In this document: positions 46,525 through 58,200 of the stretch, piece after piece
Numbering within the stretch: position 1 is the first letter of the stretch
How the letters are laid out: every line of letters begins with the position of its first letter
Assembly (NCBI GenBank): GCA_963796275.1
Contig: CAWCKY010000001.1
Location: 1,056,001 to 1,120,000 of the forward strand
DNA length: 64,000 nucleotides
Source of the DNA: an uncultured Acidobacteriota bacterium
Lineage (GTDB): Bacteria; Acidobacteriota; Blastocatellia; RBC074
Direction of reading: 5' to 3'
Position numbers and translations under genes: made by a program
Notes under the pieces: model-generated
Databases searched by the model: none
Seen by the model: the letters and a program-made list of their open reading frames with translations, nothing else
What the model was told of the DNA's origin: nothing

Positions 46525-47457
46525 TTACAACCTCAGCTCCCAGGTCTGTTCCACCAGATCATGACCGAAGCTGTGATGTGGACCCTCGTGAATCAGCTGA
46601 AAGCCGGCTTCCTGATATACGTGCCGCGCTGCTCCGAGCACGCTCTGCGTCCATAATACGATCTTCTTGTAGCCGGTTTTACGAGCGAAGCGCACGCACT
46701 CGCTCACCAGGCGTTTGCCGATGCCCATCCCGCGCGCGCCGGGTTCGACCAGCAGCAGACGCAATTGCGCCACGCTCTTCGATTTTTTGACAAGAAAGAT
46801 CGATCCGACGATCTCACCGTTTCGTTCGGCAATCCAGCAGCGCTCCCGTTTCGGATCAAAATTCTGGATGAACCTGGTTACGATCTCAGAGACCAGCGCT
46901 TCGAAATGCTCATCCCAGCCATACTCTTCATTATAGAGGACGCCGTGCCGGTGAACGATCCAGCCCATGTCGCCAGGCTGATGCGGGCGAATGATATAAG
47001 GCACCTTCTGTTCCGGCCGCGCTCCGAGCAGTTCCTCGATGGTGCGCATCGCTTCGAGAAGTCGGCGCTGATCGGACGGAGAGAGCCGGCGGATCAGCGA
47101 TTCGATCTGATGATGCGATTGCGCATTGAGTTGAATGAAGGCCTTCTGCCCCTTCTCCGTCAACCAGATGAGGCTCTGGCGCCCATCGGCTTCGGAGGTC
47201 TTGCGGGCGATCAGATCGCGCTTTTTGAAATCACTGAGCATACGGCTGAGATAACCCGCGTCCATCCCCAACTCGCTGCCCAGTTCAGTCGCCGTCGCTT
47301 TTTCATGCTGCGCCAGTTCGTAGATGATTCGCGCTTCGGCCAGGGAAAACGGGCTTTTCAGCAGATGTTCGTTCAGAACGCCGATTTGCCTGGTATAGAA
47401 ACGGTTGAATCCCCGCACCAATTCAATATGCTGCGCCAGGTCGCTCTTCGCCATCAT
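46525..47457 (-). CDS. Bifunctional MarR HTH / GNAT acetyltransferase
   Basis: RGFNRFYT, DAGYLSR, DGRQ; AQLRLLLVEP.ARGMGIG. Confidence 0.92.
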   Translation of the reverse strand: MMAKSDLAQHIELVRGFNRFYTRQIGVLNEHLLKSPFSLAEARIIYELAQHEKATATELGSELGMDAGYLSRMLSDFKKRDLIARKTSEADGRQSLIWLTEKGQKAFIQLNAQSHHQIESLIRRLSPSDQRRLLEAMRTIEELLGARPEQKVPYIIRPHQPGDMGWIVHRHGVLYNEEYGWDEHFEALVSEIVTRFIQNFDPKRERCWIAERNGEIVGSIFLVKKSKSVAQLRLLLVEPGARGMGIGKRLVSECVRFARKTGYKKIVLWTQSVLGAARHVYQEAGFQLIHEGPHHSFGHDLVEQTWELRL

Positions 47458-47486
47458 CGCCTTCCTCCGATAATATTCAACATTCT

Positions 47487-47521
47487 TTGACTATATCAAC
47501 TATTTACTTGAGATTGTCAAG
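47487..47521. promoter_or_regulatory. Two TTGA-N5-TCAA palindromes (putative MarR operators)
   Basis: TTGACTATATCAA 47487-47499 and TTGAGATTGTCAA 47508-47520. Confidence 0.6.
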
Positions 47522-47717
47522 ATGAGTTATTGATCGGTTATAAAATGGATGAGGAAGGAAAAAGGCGGGGGACTTATTACTGATCACCGGTTAGCAGACT
47601 GCATTTGTGTTTTGCATAAATCTGTGGTGAATGTCTTCTTGCGTCGGCGTCGGCGTGAGCGATGAAGAGCTCAGGCTTGTCGGACGATTTAATGATCAAG
47701 CTGGTCAAGGAGCAGAT

Positions 47718-49254
47718 GTGACAACTATTCCAAACAGGTCGCAGTCTTATACGCTGATAGCCGTGATCGGACTGTTACTGTACGGCGCATACTTAATTCG
47801 AAGCGCATCCTATTCGGTGAACGGCGTTGACGGCTCGGGTTACGCCAATATCGCGCGCTCGTTCTTGCAGGGATCACCCGTAAAACCGGTAAAAGAGTTG
47901 GATCAATTCGGATTACCGGAAAGCTTCATCCCCCTCTTCACACCGGTCGCTTACATTCCGATACTCTCATCCAAGACCATTGTCCCGATGTACCCGATCG
48001 GGGTACCTCTACATATGGTCGCGGCCGTTCTGATTTTTGGATGGAATTATGGGCCATTTTTAGTCAACCCGATTTTGGCAGTCTTGTGTCTGATCCTGAT
48101 CTATCTGCTGGGCCGGGACCTTGGACTTGAGCGCGGATACTCGATCGCCGGCGCGCTAATACTGATAGCCAATCCGACTTTTAACTTCATGGCGGTGCAA
48201 CCCGTGAGCGATATTGCGGCTATGTTTTGGGCGCTCGTCACGATCTGGGCCGCCAGACGCTCCGACCGGGGCGTCATATGGGGGTTAGTGACTGGAGCCG
48301 CTTTTGGAATTTCATTTCTCGTGCGGCCGGTAAATGTACTTTTATTGCCCACCCTGATCTTGGTTACCGGTTTCAGGCTTAAAACATTGATAACAATTAT
48401 ATGGGGAGGGCTACCCTTCGCAATTCTATATTTTACCTACAACACTATAGTTTTCGGGAGCCCCTTGTTGACCGGCTACACCCTCGCCACTGCACAAAAT
48501 CTGGTGACGCTCAGCGGATTCACCGAACGATTCGAGTTTTATTTCTACTGGCTGACGCTGACGATGAGCCCGCTTGTGCTCATCGGATGGATTAGCATGG
48601 GATTCCTCAGCTCGATCGAGGGACGGCGGCGCGCGCTCCTGATCCTCTGGTTCGGCACATTCCTGCTCTTTTTCGCCTGTTACAATATATATGATGAATG
48701 GTGGTGTACGCGCTTTCTGCTGCCGGCGTACCCGGCGCTGATAATCGGCGCGCTACTTGCCGCGCAGCATTTGATGGACGAGTTTATTAGGCGCAAATAC
48801 ACGCTGGCGCAGAGCAACGGCTCTGGCGTTACTCGCTGTGTCGCTAGGCTTCGCCCATCATTATTTGCGTAAGTGGGAGATATTCGGCTTCGGCGCGCGC
48901 GAGGCTGTTTACGCCGAGTCGTGCCGCTGGGCTGACTTGCAAGCGCCGGCTAAGACGATGATTGTTGCCAGGGATATCAGCGGAGGGCTGCACTTCTACA
49001 CAGATCGTTCGATTATTCGATGGGATTACTTGCAGCCATCGCAATGGGAGACCTTGAGCGATCGCGGATTGAAGCAGGGCTACCAGTTCTATGCGTTATT
49101 GTTGCCGAACGAAGTGAAGGAAGCGCGCGAGCGTGTGCCGGGAGATTGGATCGAAGTAGGCAAGAAGAACTTTATCAGTCTGTGGCGCATCGTCCCGATT
49201 GACAGAACCTCTCACGCGGTCAGGATTGCCAACGGCGATAACGACAAATACTAA
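47718..49254 (+). CDS. GT-C fold (PMT/GT39-like) membrane glycosyltransferase; frameshift near 48820
   Basis: DxxGY early loop, YPIG.P, SD, RP.N, RFLLP; many TM segments; continues in ORF 48838-49254. Confidence 0.7.
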
Positions 49255-49604
49255 TATCATTATCCAGCTGCGACATCCCATATGCTGATTTGGCGTTCCC
49301 GCAATCGGCTGCCGCGCGGCCCGGTTGCCGCCGAGCGAATAGTACGTCGATTTCTTAGACCTTATGGGCGGTTGCCCTGACCCTTTATTCCCAGGGACGC
49401 AGGTTAATCTCAACTTTAACTTTTTACAACTTTACCGCCGATGCTCATTTCCCGTAATTCGGACATTGCGTAAACTCCTGGCTATGCGGTTATAATGCCC
49501 AGCACGATAACCTGAAGATGGAATCATCGCCAAAGAAATAGAGATCATTACGACTTGCGGAGCAAAGTCGCTCACAGGAGTTAATAGAGGAGTAAATTGA
49601 CCTT

Positions 49605-50711
49605 ATGAGTGTTGCGACAGGAGACCTGTCCGTCAGAGCGCAAGAGGCGAGGGCGCAGCTCGATGCCCACGTGCGCGAGATCATCGAGTGGCACTTCAAT
49701 CCGGATACGGGTTGCCCGTTCTGGATCGACTTCGCGAAGAAGCTGGGTTGGGATCCGAGAAGCGAGGTCCGGTGTTTTGATGACCTGAAAAAATTGCCGC
49801 CCTTTGAGGACGAATGGTTGCGCGGCGGTCCGGTGCGCCGGTGGCTGCCGAAGGGGTTCGCCGGCAAACCGCTCTTCGTCTTCGAGACCGGCGGCACGAC
49901 CGGAGTGCCGAAGAGCCGCCTGGCCATCGATGACTTCCGAACTGATTACGAGATGTTCAGCCGCACGCTCCCCGATCAATATTTTCCCGCGGGAGCGAAC
50001 TGGCTGATGCTCGGGCCCTCGGGACCGCGCCGCCTGCGGCTTGCGGTGGAACATCTGTGCCAGCACAGGGGCGGGATATGCTTTTCGGTTGACCTCGATC
50101 CGCGTTGGGTCATCAAACTGATCAAGTGGGGAGAGTTCGAAGAGCTGGAGCGATACAAAGCACACGTGATCGATCAGGCGATCACGGTTCTCGGAGCCGG
50201 GCACGATATTCGCTGCCTGTTCACTACGCCCAAGCTGCTCGAGGCGCTCGCTGAAGAACTCGAAAACCGGGGCACGAGCATCAAGACATCGGGCATCACG
50301 GGCATCTTCGCGGGCGGCACGGAATTCACGCCTCAGTACACGCGGTTCGCCATTGAAGAATTGCTGGGCGGGGGCGTATACCTGACTCCGACATACGGTA
50401 ATACGCTCATGGGACTTGCCTGCTCTAAGCCGGTGACCCCGGAGGAGGGTTACAAGATCAGCTACTTTGCGCCGCAGCCCCGTGCCGTTATCGAAGTAGT
50501 CTCTTTCGATGATCCAACCCGAGTCGTGGAATACGGCGAGACGGGAAGGGTGCAGCTCACTACGCTGACACGGGAGACTTTCATCCCGAGGTTCCTGGAG
50601 AGAGATGAGGGCGAGCGAGAGCGGCCCTGCGACAAATATCCGTGGGACGGCGTGAGCGGCGTGCGCCCATTCCGCAAGCTCGCCGCCCAGACGACCGTGG
50701 GAGTTTATTGA
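49605..50711 (+). CDS. Short adenylate-forming ligase (PaaK/LuxE/EhpF-like)
   Basis: ETGGTTGVPK P-loop, AGGT, PTYGNT, ERD. Confidence 0.75.
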   Translation: MSVATGDLSVRAQEARAQLDAHVREIIEWHFNPDTGCPFWIDFAKKLGWDPRSEVRCFDDLKKLPPFEDEWLRGGPVRRWLPKGFAGKPLFVFETGGTTGVPKSRLAIDDFRTDYEMFSRTLPDQYFPAGANWLMLGPSGPRRLRLAVEHLCQHRGGICFSVDLDPRWVIKLIKWGEFEELERYKAHVIDQAITVLGAGHDIRCLFTTPKLLEALAEELENRGTSIKTSGITGIFAGGTEFTPQYTRFAIEELLGGGVYLTPTYGNTLMGLACSKPVTPEEGYKISYFAPQPRAVIEVVSFDDPTRVVEYGETGRVQLTTLTRETFIPRFLERDEGERERPCDKYPWDGVSGVRPFRKLAAQTTVGVY

Positions 50712-50775
50712 AGGCAGTAGACAATAGTGGGCAGAAGGCGTTCGCTTGAACTGTGGCTGGTGGCATCAAACAGAT

Positions 50776-50882
50776 CATTTATCATTTATCATTTGTCATT
50801 TGTCATTTTACATTTGTGATCGAAGGAAGGTCGTATCTTCAATGACAAATGTAAAATGACAAATGTAAAATGATAAATGTAA
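50776..50882. repeat. Inverted heptamer repeat arrays (CATTTRT / ATGACAA)
   Basis: Tandem TCATTTA/TCATTTG units mirrored by AAATGAC/AAATGTA units. Confidence 0.8.
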
Positions 50883-50898
50883 TTTCTTTTGTATACCG

Positions 50899-52339
50899 AT
50901 GAAAATACTCAATATTCCAATTCTGAGATGGGGTCAACCTTACAATAGTTTGGACAGAGAAGACGTGGTGCATTTCGTCACTGGCGAAACGCTGGCTCGG
51001 GTGAGCCAGGCGAACACCGGGCTACTGGGCCGTGACATACGTCACGCCGAACGCGCCCGAAATGCGCTGACCGCGATTCCGGTCTCGGAACTGATCGCAA
51101 TGATGAAGAAGGCGGCCGATTTATATCTTCATTCGACACTTCCGATGGGAGATGGGGAGCAAAGTCCGGACGACTTCGCCCGCCAGCAGTCCGCCAGCAC
51201 GGGATTACCAGAGCACATGTGCAAAGCCAACATGAGCAAGAACCACTTCGTGCTCTCGAATATGGAAAAGATACTGGATTCGCTGACTCGAGGATTGGAT
51301 TTGAATATCCTGACGCGCGGATACGGGGTCGAGTCTCGCGGAGTTACAGTCAGCTATCAGGTTCAGGCGCCCGTTCTAGGTTTGGTGCTGCCATCAAACT
51401 CTCCGGGCGTCCATACTCTGTGGCTGCCGGTGATCCCGATGCAGATCGGGCTGCTCCTGAAACCGGGTCCTCAAGAGCCGTGGACACCCTATCGAATGGC
51501 CGCCGCATTTACCGCGGCCGGCGTTCCCAAAGAGTCGATCGCCATCTATCCGGGCGGCGGCGAGATGGGTGCCGAGGTCCTGCGGCGATCCAATCGCACG
51601 ATGATCTTCGGCGGCACCGCGACGGTTGAACGGTATCGCGGCGACACACGCGTCCAGGTGCACGGACCAGGTTTTAGCAAAATTCTGCTGGGCGACGATG
51701 TGGTGGATGACTGGGAGAAGTATCTCGACGTGATGGTAGACAGCATATTTCTCAATAGCGGTCGCGGCTGCATCAATTGCTCGGGCGTCTGGGCCTCGCG
51801 TCACACGAAGGAGATCGCCGAGGCGCTGGCCGAACGAATCGGACCAATAGAGCCGAAGCAACCTGAGGATCCGCAGGCGAGCCTCGCCGCGTTCACCGTC
51901 CCTGGAGCCGCAAAAGCCATCTGGAAGAGCATCGAAACGGGATTGAACGCTGGGGGAACCGAACACGTCACCGCCAAATTCGGCCCGCGGCTGGTGGAGA
52001 AACAGCGCTGCGGATATCTGAGACCGGTCGTGGTCCATTGCGACTCACCAGAGACCGCGCTCTCCAACACCGAGTTCATGTTCCCCTTCGTCAGCGTGGT
52101 CCGGTGCCCGCAAAGCGAGATGCTGAATCGGGTCGGTCCAACATTAGTGGGCAGCGCAATTACAAACGACGAAAAATTCCAGCGGCAACTGATCGATGCG
52201 ACACACATCGACCGGTTGAACATCGGACCCGGTTCCCACGATCCAACTCGACTGGCTGCAGCCACACGAGGGGAATATAGTCGAGTTCCTATTTCGGCCG
52301 AGGGCATTTCAGGCAAAACAGGAAAAAGTAGCAGTTTAA
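50899..52339 (+). CDS. Aldehyde dehydrogenase-fold acyl reductase (LuxC/EhpG-like); frameshift near 52230
   Basis: LPSNSP, LKP, FGG, GRGCIN, EFMFP; corrected end GPVPTIQLDWLQPHEGNIVEFLF..TAA 52339. Confidence 0.78.
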
Positions 52340-53197
52340 AAGAGTGGATCGGTCCAACGCAGGCAGGCCCCGCAATCAAAAACGACGGAAAGTTCCGGCG
52401 GCTGGTCGATCCGACACACATAATCCGCCTGAACCCGGGTCAGTGGCTATCATTCGGAGCAGTAGCGGGGAGAATTGTGGAATTCTTGGTCCGTCAGGGC
52501 ATTTCATGCCAGGCGGGTATAAAACGACACACATTTAACTCAATACACAAAAAACAAGAACTCAGAAATAGATCAACATTCAGCAGCCTGGGTGCGTCTG
52601 ACTCTATTTCTATCATTGTTCTTTCCTCATTCTTTGATATTCGCGATCTAAATCACAATCCTTTTATTTTTAGCTATTTGCGATAGCACTTTAGCTTCGT
52701 GGTCAATAAGGCGCGTGTTCCTGCCTTCAAAAATTCAACGTGTGGCATGAGGCTACTCTCAATTTTGAATTTTTAAAGGAGTGTGTCGAAATTATCCTTT
52801 AACCATTCTTTTTTTAACTTCTGCCCACTTTTTCAGCGACCACGAGAGATACTGAAAGCATTAAATTAAATAAAGTTATCGCCAGCGATTACACTGACTC
52901 GTTTCGGTAAATATAGGTACTGCAGGGTTTGCCGATTCTTCCCAGGGCACGGCCTGTAACTTTGGGGATTAGCTGGCCAGGCGGATGGATGTGTCAGTGT
53001 GACTGGCATCCGGGTTGCTGGGTAAACGGGGAATTAATAGTTTTACTCACAAATAGCTTACCTAACCCAGCAAGCTTCGCTCTCTCTCTAAATAGAGGGC
53101 TAGAAGAGGTCTGTTCAATAGGTAGATATAGATTAGAAGGCAGAGCTGGTCAAGAGGCGCAGTTAGGAACCTGACGATTAACAACTAACCACGCGAG

Positions 53198-55007
53198 GTG
53201 AAAATAAAGATGTCCACGAATATCAGTCCGCCGCAGCCGACGAGTACGTCCCGGTCATTAGTCAACATAGCTTCAAAAGAAGAAACGCTCAGGCAGCAGC
53301 TGGCGGAAGAACGCGCTCGCCTGGCTCGTGAGATGGGTATAGAGGAGCAGCAAAAGCAGCAATTCAAGCGGCCGGTCGAGAATCCGTTCACTAAAAGCCA
53401 GCGCGAGCACACCACGCTGCTTTTCGGTGGGCTCACCTGGAAGCACGAACAGCTGGTTCATGGCGCCCTGGAAGGGCTGGGGTATAAGTGCGAGGCGATT
53501 CCGACGCCGAATGTGTCCGCATTCCAGTTGGGTAAGGAATATGGCAATAACGGCCAGTGCAATCCAACCTACTTCACGGTCGGGAATCTGGTGCAATTTC
53601 TGCAGGGGCTCGAAAATCAGGGTCAATCGCGCCAGGATATTATCGATAATTACGTCTTCTTCACGGCCGGGGCGTGTGGTCCCTGCCGGTTCGGAATGTA
53701 CGAAGCCGAGTACCGTCTCGCGCTGCGAAATTCCGGTTTCGACGGTTTCCGGGTCATGCTCTTTCAACAGTCGGGCGGATTGAACCAGTCGGAAGCCGAA
53801 GCCGGATTGGAGATGAACGTAGACTTTTTCCTCGCCATCCTCAATGCCCTCAATATGGGCGACCTTATCAATGACGCGTGCTATCAGATTCGGCCATACG
53901 AGGTAAACCCCGGCGAGACGGACGCTGTGATGAAGGAGTGCATGGATTACCTGCACGACGTCTTCAAGAGTCACCGGAAGTTCGCGCTGGATAACACGAC
54001 CGCCGGTTTCCTCAAGAATCTGCCGATCGGAGACACTGCCGAATATATCGGTAAGTTTCTCGATCAGCTTTTTGGCACCGAATACCAGGACGCATTCAAG
54101 ATAGTCGGTGAGAAGCTGGCGCAGATCAAAGTTGACCGGACGCGCGCCAAACCGATGGTCAAAGTGACCGGCGAGTTCTTGGCGCAGACGACCGAAGGCG
54201 ACGGTAATTTCAATATGTTCCGCTTTCTCGAGGGCGAGGGCGCACAGGTGCTGGTCGAACCGATCGGGACCTGGATTATGTACCTGATGCATCAGGCCAA
54301 GCAGCAGAAGAAGGATCGCAAGGGGGTCAACGAGAATGAGGCGATGCCGGCGGCCTGGCGCATCGACAAGCGTATCAAGAACGAACTGAGGACCGAAGAA
54401 ATCTTTGGCGCAGCTGACGCTGGCCGAGGCCATCTTCAAGCGTGAGTGGAACCGGCTGCGGGAGACTCTCAACTATCTGCCGCACGATCTGACCGACCAG
54501 TATGAGCTCCAGCGGATGGCGCATCCCTTCTACAACTCGCGCGCCGCGGGCGGTGAAGGGCACCTGGAGGTCGCCAAGAATATTTATTACTCGAACAAGG
54601 ACCTCGCGCACATGGTCCTTTCGCTCAAGCCATTCGGATGCATGCCTTCGACGCAATCGGACGGAGCGCAGTCTGCGGTCGTCAACCTCTACAAGGAAAT
54701 GATCTACCTGCCGATCGAAACATCGGGTGAGGGCGAAATAAATGCCCACAGCCGCGTGCAGATGGCATTGGGCGAAGCGAAGGTTAAATGCAAGCAGGAG
54801 TTCGCGCGCGTAATCGAAGAGACCGGTATGACGGTCGAGGCGGTGCGCGAGTATGTGGCCGGCCATCCGGAGCTGGAGAGCGGTCTCTATCACGTCCCGC
54901 ATTACAAGGGGATCGTCGGGACGGCGGCGAACTTCGTCAAGCATGTGTCGGAATTGATGGCCGCGGATAAACGCGCGCATGTGGCGACCAATGCTGCTGC
55001 TCATTAA
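53198..55007 (+). CDS. 2-hydroxyacyl-CoA dehydratase-like reductase subunit (PlsR-like); frameshift near 54395
   Basis: NNGQCNP, GACGPCRFGMY, VTGE, KPFGCMP, IETSGEG. Confidence 0.8.
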
Positions 55008-55127
55008 ATGCGAGTGAGCGCATTGAGAAAGGTGACCAGGGGAATATTGGCCGGGGGGTGGGGGCCGCAAGGTGGCCGGGTGGTGGAGCGAAGGTATTCC
55101 TGGTTACTGGCATATGAAAGTCGCGGA

Positions 55128-55246
55128 GCCCTGTAGGGGTGTGATTACTCCTAATTGCGCTTCTCAGGGCTGGTCGAAATTGGAACATCTTCCAGGGCTG
55201 CGCGGTGCTTTGCTCCTGGCTATTAGCTTGTGCCCCTTTGGGGCTT
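55128..55246. repeat. Degenerate REP-like element between the plsR-like and plsA-like genes
   Basis: CCTGGCTATTAGCTTGTGCCCCTTTGGGGC matches the reverse complement of 21244-21275. Confidence 0.6.
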
Positions 55247-55264
55247 CAATAGGTAGCATAGATA

Positions 55265-58200
55265 ATGAACCAAAATTACGAGAGGCTCTATATTGGACTG
55301 GACGTCGGTTCGACCACCGTCAAAGCGGTTGTGGTGGATCCGGTGAAGGACGAGATCCTGTGGCAGGACTACCAGCGTCACGAAACCAAACAGCCTGAGA
55401 AAGTCCTCGAATTTTTAGGGCGGATTGAAGCTGAATTTCCCATCTCAACAAGAGAACGTCCGCATATTCGTCACCGGTTCGGGCGGCGGCGGCCTGGCGC
55501 GTTTGATCGGCGCGAAATTCGTGCAGGAGGTCAATGCCGTCTCGCTTGCGGTCGAGAAGCTCTATCCCGAAGCCGGATCGGTCATCGAACTGGGCGGCCA
55601 GGACGCAAAGATCATCATCTTCAAGGAAGACCCTGAGACAGGGAAGAAGAAGAAGATCCCATCGATGAACGACAAGTGCGCGGGCGGCACGGGCGCGGTC
55701 ATCGACAAGATCAACGCCAAGCTGCGCATCCCGGCGGATAAGCTCTGCGAGATGGGTTATTACGGGTTGAAGCTGCACCCGTCGCGGGCAAGTGCGGCGT
55801 CTTTGCCGAGACGGACATCAACGGCCTGCAGAAGATGGGCGTGCCGCCCGACGAGCTGATGGCTTCGCTGTTCGAGGCGATCGTCGGGCAGAACCTTTCG
55901 GTGCTCACGCGCGGCAATACGCTGAGGCCTCACGTCTTGCTGCTCGGCGGTCCGAACACCTACATCCGCGGCATGGTCGATGCCTGGAAATACAACATAC
56001 CCAAGGTGTGGGAAGAGCGCGGCTATCCGCTGCCGGAAGGAGTCGATCCGAAGGAACTGATCAAAGTACCGCATAACGCGCAGTATTTCGCGGCGCTCGG
56101 CGCGGTCGAGTTCGGAAAATCGGAAGACGAGACTGTCGGGGTCTATCGCGGTCGCGCCGACCTCGAACACTACATCAACGTCGGCCGGCTCGAAGAGAAG
56201 AAGAAAGCCGGCGGCAAGGGGCTCTCGAGCAATCCGGATGAGCTGAGCTTCGTTCAAGGAAAAATACAAACACAAGAAATTCATCCCGGCCGTTTTTCAA
56301 TCGGGCCAGGTGATCGAGGGTTTTATCGGCCTCGATGGCGGCTCGACATCGACCAAGGCAGTGCTGCTCGACAAGGACCGGAATGTCCTGGTCAAGACCT
56401 ATCAGCTATCGAAAGGCAACCCGATCGAGGACACGAAAGAGGTCTTTGCGAAGCTGGAGAAGCAGGTGACCGATCAGGGGGCGGCGCTCAAGGTGATGGG
56501 CGTCGGCACTACCGGTTATGCCAAGGACATCCTGAAGGACGTTCTCGCGGCGGATGTCGCGCTGGTCGAAACCGTCGCGCACACCGAATCGGCTCTGCAG
56601 TTCTACAACGACGTGGACGTCATCGTCGATGTCGGCGGGCAGGACATCAAGCTGATCATTCTGAAGAACCGCCAGGTCAAGGACTTCAAGCTCAACACGC
56701 AATGCTCGGCGGGCAACGGCTACTTCCTGCAATCGACGGCCGAAGGTTTCGGCGATGAAGGTCGAAGAATACGCCGACATCGCCTTCGCCGCGCAAGTCG
56801 ATGCCGAATTTCGGCTACGGCTGCGCGGTCTTCATGCAGTCGGACATCGTCGATTTCCAGCGGCAGGGCTGGAAGCCGGAAGAGATCATGGCCGGGCTGG
56901 CAGCGGTGTTGCCGAAGAACATCTGGCTGTACGTCTCGCAGATTCCGAACATCGCGGGGCTCGGGACAAACTTCGTCCTGCAGGGCGGGACGCAGCACAA
57001 TCTGGCGGCCGTCAAATCGCAGGTCGATTTCATCGAGTCGCGCTTCAAAGGCAAGGAAATCCAGCCTCGACGTCATCGTCCACGAGCACTGCGGCGAGTC
57101 GGGCGCCATCGGCGCGGCGATCGAAGTCGATCAGGCTCTGGGGCAATGGGAAGCAGTCGAGCTTCATCGGTTTGGATAAAGTGGGGCAGGTCAGCTACGA
57201 CACGCACCGCAATGAGAACACGCGCTGTTACTTCTGCAAGAACAAATGTCTGAGAACTTTCATCGACGTGAAGGTAGTGGGTGCGCCTGTTGAAGAGCAG
57301 GAGCAGCCGCGCAAATCGAAGATTCCGATCCTGCCGGGCGTCAAGCGGTTGATCGTCGGCAACTCGTGCGATAAGGGATTGGTCGAAGACGTCAACGATA
57401 TGAAAGTTATCAAGAAGGGGATGGATGAAGTCAAAGCTGCCAACCCCAACTTCGTCGAGGTCGCGGCCAAGGCGGTCTGGCGCAGCTTCAACCCGCCGAA
57501 TGTCGCCGATCCTCCGCACAAGTTCGCTCTGACTCAGACGCAGAAGCAGCGCAACGAACTGGTCAAGCGGCGCGCGAAGATGCGCATCGGCATTCCGCGC
57601 GTGCTCAACCAGTATTCGGTCAATCCGCTCTTCTCGGCATATTTCGAGAGCTTGGGCGTACCGCCGCAGAACTTAATCTATTCGGATTACACGACCGAGC
57701 AGCTCTACAAGGAAGGCGCGAAGCGCGGAGCGATCGATCCGTGTTTCCCGTCGAAAGTGGGCATCCCGCACGTGCATAATCTGCTCCACGTGCATCACAA
57801 GAAGAAGCCGCTCGATATGATCTTCTTCCCGATGATCGATGCCCTGCCATCGGATTTATTCAATACGCTATCGAGCCGCGCCTGCCCGACGGTGACCACA
57901 ACGCCGGAGGCCGTCAAAGCCGCGTTCATCAAAGAGGGCAATCTCTTTGATGAGATGGGGATCAAGTATCTCAATCCGATTTTGAACATCGATAAGCCGC
58001 GTTTTCTCGAGAAGCAGATGTACGAGGCCTTCAAGGACATTCTTGGTCTGACGCAGAACGAGCATCACCGCGCCATCGAGGAAGGGCTCAAGGCTCTCGA
58101 CAACTTCTACAATGTGCAGCTACGCGGCGCGGCGCGCGAGGCGCTCAATCAGCTCGAGGCTGAGGACAAACTCGGCGTAGTGGTGCTGGCCCGGCCCTAT

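Noticed and set aside
49605-52339. Phenazine or bioluminescence cluster
   Set aside because: No phz core genes or luxAB in the window.
52340-52686. C-terminal extension of the 595-aa ALDH ORF
   Set aside because: Artefact of the frameshift near 52230; the conserved end stops at 52339.
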